Shown in pieces: positions 1-9,080 of a stretch of 64,000 bases of DNA; position 1 is the first letter of the stretch, and every line of letters begins with the position of its first letter. This DNA is from Patescibacteria group bacterium. GTDB lineage: Bacteria > Patescibacteriota > Patescibacteriia > UBA10025 > JAHIVO01. Made by a program: the position numbers and the translations under genes. The stretch spans positions 263,422 to 327,421 of the forward strand of contig JAQULM010000001.1 of NCBI GenBank assembly GCA_028718605.1, read 5' to 3'. Below the pieces are notes generated by a model. It had not been told where the DNA came from, did no database searches, and saw nothing but the letters and a program-made list of their open reading frames with translations.

Positions 1-612
1 TTTTACATATTCGGAGTGGGTTATGATAACGACTGTTTTACCGTGTTTTGTTTTAAGATCCGCGAGAATGCGTATGATATCTTCGCCGGTCTTTGAGTCG
101 AGGTTGCCGGTCGGCTCATCGGCGAGGATAATGTCAGGCTCATTGATGAGCGCGCGTGCGATCGCGACGCGTTGCTGCTCGCCGCCCGAGAGGAGGCTTG
201 GCAGGTGATGTGCGCGCTGGTCCAAGCTGAGCTGTTGTAAGACTGCCATAACACGCTTGCGATCGTGGGATGTGCGTTTGGCGATGACCGCTTCGACGTT
301 CTGCGCGGCGGTGAGGGTGGGAATCAGGTTAAAATTCTGGAACACGTACCCCATTGTATTGCGGCGGATGTTCGTCAGTTTCGCGTCACTGATCTTCGCG
401 ATATTCACGCCGTTAATTTCGATCTCACCCGAGGTCGGCCGGTCGAGGCCTCCGATCAGCATCAGGAGCGTGCTCTTGCCTGAGCCAGACGGCCCGATAA
501 CGGCGAGAAGGTCGCCTTTTTCAACTTCGAGGTTCACGCCGTCAACGGCATTGATTGTTTTATTCCCCTGCTGGTAACGTTTGGAGAGATTCTTGGCTTT
601 GATGATTGGCAT
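1..612 (-). CDS. ABC transporter ATP-binding protein (LolD/MacB-type), truncated by the window edge
   Basis: Not in the ORF track. Hand translation from ATG at 612 gives MPIIKAKNLSKRYQQG...GPSGSGKS (Walker A) and the H-loop VVIITH near position 1; directly downstream of the permease. Confidence 0.9.
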   Translation of the reverse strand, partial: MPIIKAKNLSKRYQQGNKTINAVDGVNLEVEKGDLLAVIGPSGSGKSTLLMLIGGLDRPTSGEIEINGVNIAKISDAKLTNIRRNTMGYVFQNFNLIPTLTAAQNVEAVIAKRTSHDRKRVMAVLQQLSLDQRAHHLPSLLSGGEQQRVAIARALINEPDIILADEPTGNLDSKTGEDIIRILADLKTKHGKTVVIITHSEYVK

Positions 613-641
613 AGGAGAGAGAGGGGTTAGTGCGAATTATT

Positions 642-2297
642 TTACTCGAGATTGCGCAGCGCTTCCTGCGGCTTCATCTTGGAGGCTTTTAAGGCGGCGA
701 GTGTGCCTGCTACAAACGAACCGACAATGGCGACCAAAGATCCGAGCAACATCGTCAGGTACGTGGAAGCGACGGTCAGCTGCACTGTCGTGGTCGTGCT
801 GTTCGAAGCATCCGTCTCGCCCCCAAACATCCTGCGCGCAAAGCCAAATGGGCTGTCAGTTGAGGCGTTTGCGACGGTGGCCGTCAATGAAATATCGTAG
901 TGGTTCATCAGAGCGATCGCGCCGACAGCCAATCCGATGCCGCACACGGCGCCGAAAACGCCGAGTACGATATTTTCGGCGACAACCTGGCGAACAATCC
1001 GCGTATTGCTCCAGCCGATCGCTTTCAGCGTGCCGATCTCCCGGATCCGCTTATTGACCGAAAAAACAGTGAGCAGGCTGACAATGATAAACGCCGCAGC
1101 GATGACAATAATGCTCGTCACCCCGATGAACCTATTCGTTAGATTTGCGGCATTCACGAGGCTGCCCGTTACCTCTTTGGCTGTGTCATTGGAATCGGTC
1201 GCTTTCGCGCCGACGAACGCATCCTCGAGCGCAGTGCTTGTCTCCTCGACCGACTGCGCATTCGTCGACTTCACGAGTATGATGTTGATCCGGTCCGCTT
1301 TACCGGACATCGACTGGAGGTCAGCGAGCGGCAGGTATAAATCCGCGGTGTTGGTGTACAGCTGCGGCTCGACGATGCCCACCAGCGTGAGGGCCTTCCC
1401 CCCGAGTTCAATCGTACCGCCGAGTGCGTAACTCTTTTTATCCGCATACGCTTTATTCGCGATCACCTGGTCAGCGCCCGAAAACCATGCCCCGCTCGTT
1501 ACCTGTCCGGGCAGTATCAGGCCGATGTCCGTTTTCGTGGTGTCAACGCCTGCCACGGTCAAATTGCCCGTGCTAATGTTCGTCTCGATCGGACCGACTT
1601 CCTGCCGGTACGTCCGTGACGGCGCGACAAATGTCATCGACTTCTGGCGAAACCGTTCGGGCATCGCCGCGTCCATCGCATCCCGCATGTACTCCATGCC
1701 CTCGTGGGAGCGGGGATCAACGCCCCGTTCCTTCAACTCAGCTTCTGCTTTCGTGCGGGCAGCGTCCTGCGCGGCGCGCTCCCCGTCAGTCATTGGTTCG
1801 ATGTCTTCGTTGACTTCAAATGTTTCTCCGCCAGTTGTAATGTCGACGGTAATATCTGGAACGGTGCCCTCCTGGTGCATGACGGTCATAATCAATCCGG
1901 CAGCTGCTTCCTTAACGAGTGTCGGATTAAGATTGTCCATTTCTGCCGCATCGAACGTCAACATTGATCCCGGCATAAAATTATCCTTGGAAAACGCCTC
2001 GCCCGGATCCCCAAGCTCCGCAAGATTCATGCCGATACTGTTGTCTTCCATCATGTCGTTGCGGCTTGTCTCGTCGATCGCCGCCATATTTTCCGCATCA
2101 ACTGACCGGGTTACAATGATGTCTGTCCCCACATTTTGGAGCGGGTTCAAAACCTTATCCTGCGCTGTCGACAGGCTTTGGGATACCGAGATAATCACAA
2201 TGATGATCGCGCTCGCCATCGCCAGGCCGAACGTGACAGTCAGTGTTTTACTCCAACGGCGGGTCAATTCCGCCCATAGATACCGAAGGTAGAACAT
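642..2297 (-). CDS. FtsX/MacB-family ABC permease with a large extracytoplasmic domain
   Basis: N-terminal TM segment, long soluble loop, C-terminal motif RIREIGTLKAIGW, three further TM segments, ends PQEALR. Confidence 0.9.
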   Translation of the reverse strand: MFYLRYLWAELTRRWSKTLTVTFGLAMASAIIIVIISVSQSLSTAQDKVLNPLQNVGTDIIVTRSVDAENMAAIDETSRNDMMEDNSIGMNLAELGDPGEAFSKDNFMPGSMLTFDAAEMDNLNPTLVKEAAAGLIMTVMHQEGTVPDITVDITTGGETFEVNEDIEPMTDGERAAQDAARTKAEAELKERGVDPRSHEGMEYMRDAMDAAMPERFRQKSMTFVAPSRTYRQEVGPIETNISTGNLTVAGVDTTKTDIGLILPGQVTSGAWFSGADQVIANKAYADKKSYALGGTIELGGKALTLVGIVEPQLYTNTADLYLPLADLQSMSGKADRINIILVKSTNAQSVEETSTALEDAFVGAKATDSNDTAKEVTGSLVNAANLTNRFIGVTSIIVIAAAFIIVSLLTVFSVNKRIREIGTLKAIGWSNTRIVRQVVAENIVLGVFGAVCGIGLAVGAIALMNHYDISLTATVANASTDSPFGFARRMFGGETDASNSTTTTVQLTVASTYLTMLLGSLVAIVGSFVAGTLAALKASKMKPQEALRNLE

Positions 2298-2485
2298 AGG
2301 CTTTTTCTTACGAAAAAAATTATAATTAAAAAAAGTTACTCAGCCCTGTTATTCCATGGCTTTATCGTAACGGAATCATTTGAATTTCGCGTGAAGAGCC
2401 GCATTCAACCTACTTTTTGGGTAGTTCTGAAAAACTTCTGAGCTTCCCAACTGTTTTGCCCCAATACAAAAAATCGTTGAATAAC

Positions 2486-2845
2486 CTAGCCGCCGGCAAC
2501 ATTGCTGGTCGTCCCAACAACAAACGTAACAATCGCCCACGCGAGTAAGACGACGACCAAACCGATAACAGCGGCGATAATAATCTTCTTCGAAGAAGCA
2601 GCCCGTTCTGCGTTGCCACCGCCGACTGTTAATAAAATAAATCCGCCGTAGATAATCATGATGACGGCGATTAAAGCCAGGAACCCTAATACCCATTGAA
2701 CGACCGTAATGACTGCCGACTCCAAATCCGCGGTCCCGATGCCAAACGTCGAGCCATAGCCACCGACGTTAACCTGCGCCGAGGCGATGCAGGGCAGCAG
2801 AACGATGAGCGTGGAAAGCGCATACCCGACGATTTTCGTCTTCAT
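2486..2845 (-). CDS. VirB2/TrbC-like pilin (CPR type), paralog 1
   Basis: Signal peptide ending ASA|Q, two hydrophobic helices, IIYGG...A..KKII.AAVIGL pattern; close paralog at 27785. Confidence 0.8.
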   Translation of the reverse strand: MKTKIVGYALSTLIVLLPCIASAQVNVGGYGSTFGIGTADLESAVITVVQWVLGFLALIAVIMIIYGGFILLTVGGGNAERAASSKKIIIAAVIGLVVVLLAWAIVTFVVGTTSNVAGG

Positions 2846-2867
2846 ACAATTGTATTTAACTTACTTT

Positions 2868-4904
2868 TTATGCAACCTTTGGCTGGGCAAATTGGCTATT
2901 GTAGAGCGAAGCGTAAAAACCATTCTGCGCAAGCAGTTGCTCGTGCTTGCCCTGCTCGACGATATTACCGCCACGCATCACCAGAATGAGGTCTGCATTG
3001 CGGATCGTAGACAACCGGTGTGCGATAACAAAGCTCGTCTTGCCTTTCATCAGCCGCTCCATCGCCTGTTGGATCAATAATTCCGTACGCGTGTCAACGG
3101 AGCTCGTCGCTTCGTCTAAAATGAGCATGGGGGTTTTCACGAGCATAGCGCGGGCGATCGTCAGGAGTTGCTTCTCACCCTGCGAAATGTTATTCGCCTC
3201 TTCGTCGAGAACCATATCGTAACCGTGCGGCAACGAGTGCACGAAATGGTCTACGTGGGCAGCCCGGGCCGCTTCGACAATCTCCTGTTCAGTTGCGTCT
3301 GGTTTGCCGTACGCCAGGTTTTCACGGATCGTCCCTTTGAAAAGCCACGTATCCTGGAGTACCATGCCGAAAAGCTTGCGGACGTCTGACCGTTTTATTG
3401 ACTGGATATTAACCCCGTCAACGGAAATCGAACCGCTGTTCACGTCGTAGAAGCGCATCAGCAAATTGACCATGGTCGTTTTACCGGCACCGGTTGGGCC
3501 GACAATGGCGATTCGCTGGCCGGGTTGAATATGGGCCGTGAAATCACCGATAATTATTGTGTCCGGATTGTAGCCAAAATGCACATGATCAAATTCCACC
3601 GCACCCCTGACGTTCGCGAGGGCAGGCGCGCCGACAGGATCAGCCGACTCCTCTGCTTCTTCCATGAACTCAAAGACGCGTTCGGCAGCAGCAGCGGTCG
3701 ACTGGAGGACGTTGGCAATATTCGCTGTCTGTGCGACTGGCTGGTTAAACTGGCTCACGTACTGAATAAACGCCTGGATATCGCCGATGTTGATCCGACC
3801 GTGGATCGCCAGATACCCGCCCAATACCGCAACGCCGACGTACCCGATATTTCCCACGAAATTGATGATCGGAAACAAGAGGCCGGAAAAGAAATTCGAT
3901 TTCCATGCGCTGCCGTGCAGCTGGGTATTGTGCTTGGTAAAGGTTGCGATTGAACGGGCTTGGCCATTGAAGACCCTCATCACGTTATGGCCGCCGTACA
4001 TTTCCTCGATGTGTCCGTTAAGGTGCCCGAGCGTGTCCTGTTGGAGCTTGAAATACCGCTGCGACCGCTTAACGACTGTCATGATGAGCCCGAGGCTCAA
4101 GGGGAGCGTGATAACGGCGACGAGCGTCATCTGCCAGCTGATTGAAAGCATCATGACCAGTATGCCGATGATCATCGTGATCGAGGAAATGATCTGCGAG
4201 AGCGATTGGTTCAATGTCTGGCTCACGGTGTCAACGTCGTTCGTAATCCGGCTTAGCACCTCGCCGTGGGTTGTCCGGTCAAAATAGCGGAGCGGCATGC
4301 GCCCGATCTTGGTGGAAATGTCGCGGCGGAGCCGATACGTCACTTTTTGGGTGACGCTCGTCATGATCCAGCCCTGGATGTAGCTGAAAATGGCGCTCAA
4401 ACCAAAGAGGACCAGCAGCGTGATCGCGATCGATATGAGCTTTGCGTAATCAAACGAGGGCCTACTCGACAGGTCAAGCGAAGAAATTTTATCAATGGCC
4501 CCTGATGGCATTGCGCTGGTAACGCTCTCGGGGAGCTTTTTCAATACATCCGCCCCCGTTGTGCCGGGAGGCAACACCGTGCCAGCCGGCAGGCGCTGCA
4601 CGATCTGGTCATACGCCGTCCGGCGGATGAAATCGTCCACGACCTGGTTGGTCATGTTCCCCAAAATTTTCGGGCTGGCAATGGCGAAAACCGTGCTCGC
4701 GATGGTAAAAATAACGACGATCGTGACCGAAATCCAGAACGGCTTCAGGTACCCGCCGAGCTGGCGCATCGTTTTTTTGAAGTTCTTCGCTTTTTGGCCG
4801 GGCATCATCATCCCCATCGGCCCATGGCCCATTGGCCCGCCCCGCCGTTTCGATTGCGCGGTTCCTATGTTCTGCACTGGCGTTGGTTGTTTCGGTGCGC
4901 TCAT
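2868..4904 (-). CDS. Heterodimeric ABC exporter subunit (TM288-like)
   Basis: TMD plus NBD with GPTGAGKT, ISQGEKQ and LDEATS; start placed at MSAPKQ (ATGA overlap with the upstream gene). Confidence 0.92.
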   Translation of the reverse strand: MSAPKQPTPVQNIGTAQSKRRGGPMGHGPMGMMMPGQKAKNFKKTMRQLGGYLKPFWISVTIVVIFTIASTVFAIASPKILGNMTNQVVDDFIRRTAYDQIVQRLPAGTVLPPGTTGADVLKKLPESVTSAMPSGAIDKISSLDLSSRPSFDYAKLISIAITLLVLFGLSAIFSYIQGWIMTSVTQKVTYRLRRDISTKIGRMPLRYFDRTTHGEVLSRITNDVDTVSQTLNQSLSQIISSITMIIGILVMMLSISWQMTLVAVITLPLSLGLIMTVVKRSQRYFKLQQDTLGHLNGHIEEMYGGHNVMRVFNGQARSIATFTKHNTQLHGSAWKSNFFSGLLFPIINFVGNIGYVGVAVLGGYLAIHGRINIGDIQAFIQYVSQFNQPVAQTANIANVLQSTAAAAERVFEFMEEAEESADPVGAPALANVRGAVEFDHVHFGYNPDTIIIGDFTAHIQPGQRIAIVGPTGAGKTTMVNLLMRFYDVNSGSISVDGVNIQSIKRSDVRKLFGMVLQDTWLFKGTIRENLAYGKPDATEQEIVEAARAAHVDHFVHSLPHGYDMVLDEEANNISQGEKQLLTIARAMLVKTPMLILDEATSSVDTRTELLIQQAMERLMKGKTSFVIAHRLSTIRNADLILVMRGGNIVEQGKHEQLLAQNGFYASLYNSQFAQPKVA

Positions 4905-6688
4905 ACAGGTGCCTCCGTTGGTATGTGCCGCGGTTGCCGAGTAGCGCGGTGCGTCAGTTCCTCTTCTGACAACTGTGACGTCGCGATCTCCCGGTACACC
5001 GGGCACGAACCCATAAGCTCTTCGTGCGTGCCCTGCCCAACGATTCGCCCCTCGTCGAGAACGATAATCTTGTCGGCATTCATGATCGTGCTAATCCGCT
5101 GGGCAACAATCAGGACGGTTGTATTGTCCGTCGCTGCAGTCAGCGCGTGGCGGAGCTTCGCGTCAGTGGCGAAGTCCAATGCAGAAAAGCTGTCATCAAA
5201 AATGAATAGCGCGGGCTTGCGGATGATCGCGCGGGCAATCGACAAGCGCTGCTTCTGCCCGCCCGAGACGTTCGTCCCGCCCTGCGCTATCGCACCCTGG
5301 TACTGCCCGTCGAGCCTCTCGATGAATTCCTTGGCCTGCGCGATCTCGGCAGCCCACTTCACGTCCCCGTCGGATGCGTGCGGCGCGCCGTATTTCAAAT
5401 TACTTTCCACGGTGCCGGAAAACAGCACTCCCTGCTGGGGGACATACCCAATTTTTGAATACAAATCCTCCATACGCATATCACGGACATCAATGCCATC
5501 AATTTTAATAGACCCTTTGGTCACGTCATAAAACCTCGGAATCAAGTTGATGAGGGTTGATTTTCCGCTGCCCGTGCTGCCCACAAATGCTGTTGTTTGT
5601 CCTGGCAGCGCGGTGAAGGAAATGTCATGGAGAACCGGCTCGTCTGCACCCGCGTACGAAAACGTAACGTCATCGAATTCAACTCTCCCCGCGCGGACCT
5701 TCGATGCGTCAGCGGGCTTTTTCGGATCCTTGATGGCAACCGTCGTCGAAATGACTTCGGAAATGCGCTCGATAGAAACTGCGGCACGCGGTACCATAAT
5801 GAATATCATGGTAATCATCAGGAAGGCGAAGATTGCTTGCATTGCGTACTGCATGAATGCGAGCATTTGGCCGATCTGCAAATTGCCCATATCAATCTGG
5901 TGCGCACCGTACCAAACGATCCCGAGCGTCGTGAGGTTCATGATCAGCATCATCATCGGGAACATAATAACCATCAGGCGGTTGACGAAGAGGGTAACTT
6001 TCGTCAGCTCAAGGTTCGCACCGTCGAACTTCTTCTCTTCTGCTCGTTCGCGGTTGAAGGCGCGGATGACGCGGAGGCCTGTCAGAATTTCACGGCTGAC
6101 GAGGTTAACCTTGTCGACGAGCTTTTGGAGGAGCTTGAACCGCGGGATTGCAATTTTGAACAGGACGCCGATGACAACAATTAAAATGCCGATTGCCAGG
6201 GCCATAAGCCACGTCATCGAAGGGGCGTCATGGTACGCCTTGATAACCGCCCACACGCCCATGAACGGGCCCATGAGCGCCATGCGCAAGAGCATCGCCA
6301 GGACCATCTGGATCTGCTGGACGTCGTTCGTCGAGCGGGTTATGAGCGAGGCGGTCGAAAATGCATTAAACTCATGCAAGGAGAAACTTTCGACTTTAGT
6401 AAAGAGCGCTGCCCGGATATCGCGGGAAAAGCCTGCCGAGATGCGCGATGCGAACCAGCCGACGATAACGCTTGCGGCAGCCGCACCGAGGGCGACGAGG
6501 AGCATGTTTCTGCCGTAGTTCCAAACCTGGGACATGTCTCCGCCGACAATGCCCTTATTGATGATCGAAGCCATATAATCCGGCAGCGCCAATGTTGCTG
6601 CGACCATGAGATATACCATGACCAGGAGGACAATGAATTGCCAAATGTATGGCTTGAAATAAGGTAAAATTTTTTTCATTGCATTCAA
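4901..6688 (-). CDS. Heterodimeric ABC exporter subunit (TM287-like, degenerate site)
   Basis: GSTGSGKS, VSGGQKQ, non-canonical Walker B IFDDSFSALD, and IVAQR (H replaced by Q). Confidence 0.92.
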   Translation of the reverse strand: MNAMKKILPYFKPYIWQFIVLLVMVYLMVAATLALPDYMASIINKGIVGGDMSQVWNYGRNMLLVALGAAAASVIVGWFASRISAGFSRDIRAALFTKVESFSLHEFNAFSTASLITRSTNDVQQIQMVLAMLLRMALMGPFMGVWAVIKAYHDAPSMTWLMALAIGILIVVIGVLFKIAIPRFKLLQKLVDKVNLVSREILTGLRVIRAFNRERAEEKKFDGANLELTKVTLFVNRLMVIMFPMMMLIMNLTTLGIVWYGAHQIDMGNLQIGQMLAFMQYAMQAIFAFLMITMIFIMVPRAAVSIERISEVISTTVAIKDPKKPADASKVRAGRVEFDDVTFSYAGADEPVLHDISFTALPGQTTAFVGSTGSGKSTLINLIPRFYDVTKGSIKIDGIDVRDMRMEDLYSKIGYVPQQGVLFSGTVESNLKYGAPHASDGDVKWAAEIAQAKEFIERLDGQYQGAIAQGGTNVSGGQKQRLSIARAIIRKPALFIFDDSFSALDFATDAKLRHALTAATDNTTVLIVAQRISTIMNADKIIVLDEGRIVGQGTHEELMGSCPVYREIATSQLSEEELTHRATRQPRHIPTEAPV

Positions 6689-6701
6689 TGTATTCGAGGG
6701 C

Positions 6702-6956
6702 TTACTTCATTGAAGCCTTCAGTTTCCTTAGTTCTTCTATTCCCGCGCTCATCTTATCCGTGATTTTGTCGATGAATTCATCGACCGTCTCGCTTTTCAT
6801 AAGTCCGAGAAATTTCCCGTGCCAGCAAAAAACCAACAAATGATCCCCTTCCTTGAGCCCGAGAGCCTTTCTGGCCTGGGCCGGGATGACAACTTGTCCT
6901 CTGGCGCCGATGATGGTAGCGCCATATGATGTGCCATGATGATGGGAAAAACGCAT
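6702..6956 (-). CDS. AbrB/MazE/SpoVT-family DNA-binding protein
   Basis: IGARGQVVIPAQARKALGLKEGD signature; first gene of the exporter operon. Confidence 0.88.
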   Translation of the reverse strand: MRFSHHHGTSYGATIIGARGQVVIPAQARKALGLKEGDHLLVFCWHGKFLGLMKSETVDEFIDKITDKMSAGIEELRKLKASMK

Positions 6957-6969
6957 ATATATTAAGTTA

Positions 6970-7033
6970 ATACTAAAAAGTATGAAAAATCATACCATAG
7001 GGCTACTATATGCTCCCCTTTGATATGCGTCAA
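6970..7033 (-). promoter_or_regulatory. Sigma70 promoter with two overlapping inverted repeats (candidate operators)
   Basis: TTGACG-17-TATAGT on the minus strand; IRs GTATGA-N4-TCATAC (6980-6995) and ATACT-N4-AGTAT (6970-6983) just downstream of the -10. Confidence 0.6.
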
Positions 7034-7053
7034 CGCGAGCGTTGTGGATAAGT

Positions 7054-8097
7054 CTATTGAACCGGCGCAGGTGGCTGGCCCGGCGCTTCCCCAATACTGG
7101 CTTTTTGGTTGAAAATCATCGGGCCGATCTTCAAACCAAAGTGTGACAGGAATAAGAGACCGATCGTGACTTTCACCAAATCAATTGAACGGAATATCAG
7201 CGTGTAAACGACGCCCTGCTCAGGGGGAAAGCCGAGCATGCTGAAAATAACTGCTTGCCCAGCTTCGGTGCCGCCGAATGATCCGGGAATCGGAAGCAGA
7301 AAGGTAACAATATTCAAAGTCGTGATCAGGATGACATCAAGCAAGCTTGCTTTCAATCCCATAAATACAAGAATGAGCCACATTGCCGTCAACGTGCAAA
7401 TGCCGCCAATAGACGACAAGAATAAACCTTTGTACATCATCCTCCGGTCTTTACGGAAAACGTCAATAATGATTTGTTCAAATTTGGCAATCTTATCCAT
7501 GACCTTGCTGATAAACGATAGCCGGTGCAACTGTAAGAATCGCAGAATCGCTCCAAAGAAATCCTTTTGCTGTAATGTTTTGTAATAGAAGAGCGCCATC
7601 AGAAAAATAAACAGAAGGCTGATGAAAAGAAGCACTGCGATAATTTTAATCGACAGATCGAACTTAATTAGAATGTAAACAATGCTGAACAGGAGAAATG
7701 GCAACCCAAAACTGAAATCGAGCATCTTGTCGATCACGACGGACGCGAGCCCTTGGGAAAAACGGACATTCGCGTCCTTCCTTAAGACATACGCGCGTAT
7801 CGCTTCGCCACCGACATTCGGTGACGGGGTGAGGTAGTCAACCGTATATCCAATGATTTTCGACGGAAACAATTTTGCCATGGTCACGCGAAAACCCTGG
7901 CTCTGCAATACGAGTTGCCACCGGTACATCGTGACGTAGAAGGATATGGCATACAGGACGACAATGACGAGCCACTTCGCGAATGAAAAATACGTAAACG
8001 CATCCCAGATATTACTAATGCCAACTTTGGCGATAACAGCGATAAATAAGACGATCCCGAGAATCGCTGAAAGAATAAAAAAAATGATTTTTTTCAT
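7054..8097 (-). CDS. UPF0104 / lysylphosphatidylglycerol-synthase TM-domain flippase-like membrane protein
   Basis: RW..VL, TPSPNVGGE.IR and PIPGSFGGTEA motifs; multiple TM segments. Confidence 0.85.
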   Translation of the reverse strand: MKKIIFFILSAILGIVLFIAVIAKVGISNIWDAFTYFSFAKWLVIVVLYAISFYVTMYRWQLVLQSQGFRVTMAKLFPSKIIGYTVDYLTPSPNVGGEAIRAYVLRKDANVRFSQGLASVVIDKMLDFSFGLPFLLFSIVYILIKFDLSIKIIAVLLFISLLFIFLMALFYYKTLQQKDFFGAILRFLQLHRLSFISKVMDKIAKFEQIIIDVFRKDRRMMYKGLFLSSIGGICTLTAMWLILVFMGLKASLLDVILITTLNIVTFLLPIPGSFGGTEAGQAVIFSMLGFPPEQGVVYTLIFRSIDLVKVTIGLLFLSHFGLKIGPMIFNQKASIGEAPGQPPAPVQ

Positions 8098-8169
8098 TGT
8101 CTACTCGGGCTTCCCCCGATAAATAGTAAGTGCCAATAGAACAATTATACATCAAAATACCGCTCCGCT

Positions 8170-8994
8170 TCAATCATTCGGGTACACAACAATCATTGCT
8201 TTCCTTCCCTGCTCGATTGCATCGCCGGTACCGTTCCAGTCATGGATTGCATTCTGCAGAACACCCGGCGCGTACTGGTACTCCTCGCCTTTCCTCGTGC
8301 CGGGGTCATTCGTGATCATCATATCTCGTGTCCATCCGCGCACGACGAGCATGTGGTACACCGGCCCTGGTGAGCGAAAATTCGGATTTCCAAGCAACCG
8401 ACCAGCAGTCGGTAGGATCACCGGCCTTCCCTCTGAAACTTCGCGTTTGATATCATCAATCGTAACGTCATACCGGACATCGACACGCTCGTATCCCCAC
8501 ATATCCTTGATGAGCTGCGCGGTCTCTTCCGCGGTCGTATCCTTAAACTTGCCGAGGTGCTCATTTTCAAAATCGACGATGCCCTGCAACTCTTGCTTGG
8601 CGATCTCTTTCGTAAACGTTTTTTTCTGCCAATAGTAGTGCACGATCAAGCTTGCGGCCTCTTCACACGACTCGTTGTCCTGTTCGGTCCACTCTGCAAA
8701 CGGCGACTGGGTTGTAAATGGCACATCCAGGTTCAATTCGTCGGGGAGCGGAATCGGCTCCGGCGCTATATTTATAGTGGCTGCATTGCTGTTCGCGCTA
8801 ATATTCACATTGACGGCCGCATCGTTCCTGTTACCCAACCGATTCAGTATATCTTCATAGGTAACAGCCGCGGGCGCTGGTTCGTGCATCCAATCATCCC
8901 ACAGCGATGCAATCCGGCCTCTCGCGAGGTACGCGAGCCCGGCAGCGATAAACAGCACCAACACTGAATTAATGATGAGTATTCTCGTTTTCAT
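8170..8994 (-). CDS. Membrane-anchored C39-like cysteine peptidase
   Basis: VPFTTQ..ESCEEA (Cys), YHMLVV (His), NDPG (Asp); N-terminal TM segment. Confidence 0.8.
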   Translation of the reverse strand: MKTRILIINSVLVLFIAAGLAYLARGRIASLWDDWMHEPAPAAVTYEDILNRLGNRNDAAVNVNISANSNAATINIAPEPIPLPDELNLDVPFTTQSPFAEWTEQDNESCEEAASLIVHYYWQKKTFTKEIAKQELQGIVDFENEHLGKFKDTTAEETAQLIKDMWGYERVDVRYDVTIDDIKREVSEGRPVILPTAGRLLGNPNFRSPGPVYHMLVVRGWTRDMMITNDPGTRKGEEYQYAPGVLQNAIHDWNGTGDAIEQGRKAMIVVYPND

Positions 8995-9080
8995 ACGTAT
9001 AACGATGTAGACTACTCCGGCAAACGCCGGTTGTCAACTACTTCGTACCTGCATTCCGGAGTGCCTGTAAAACCGCTCTG

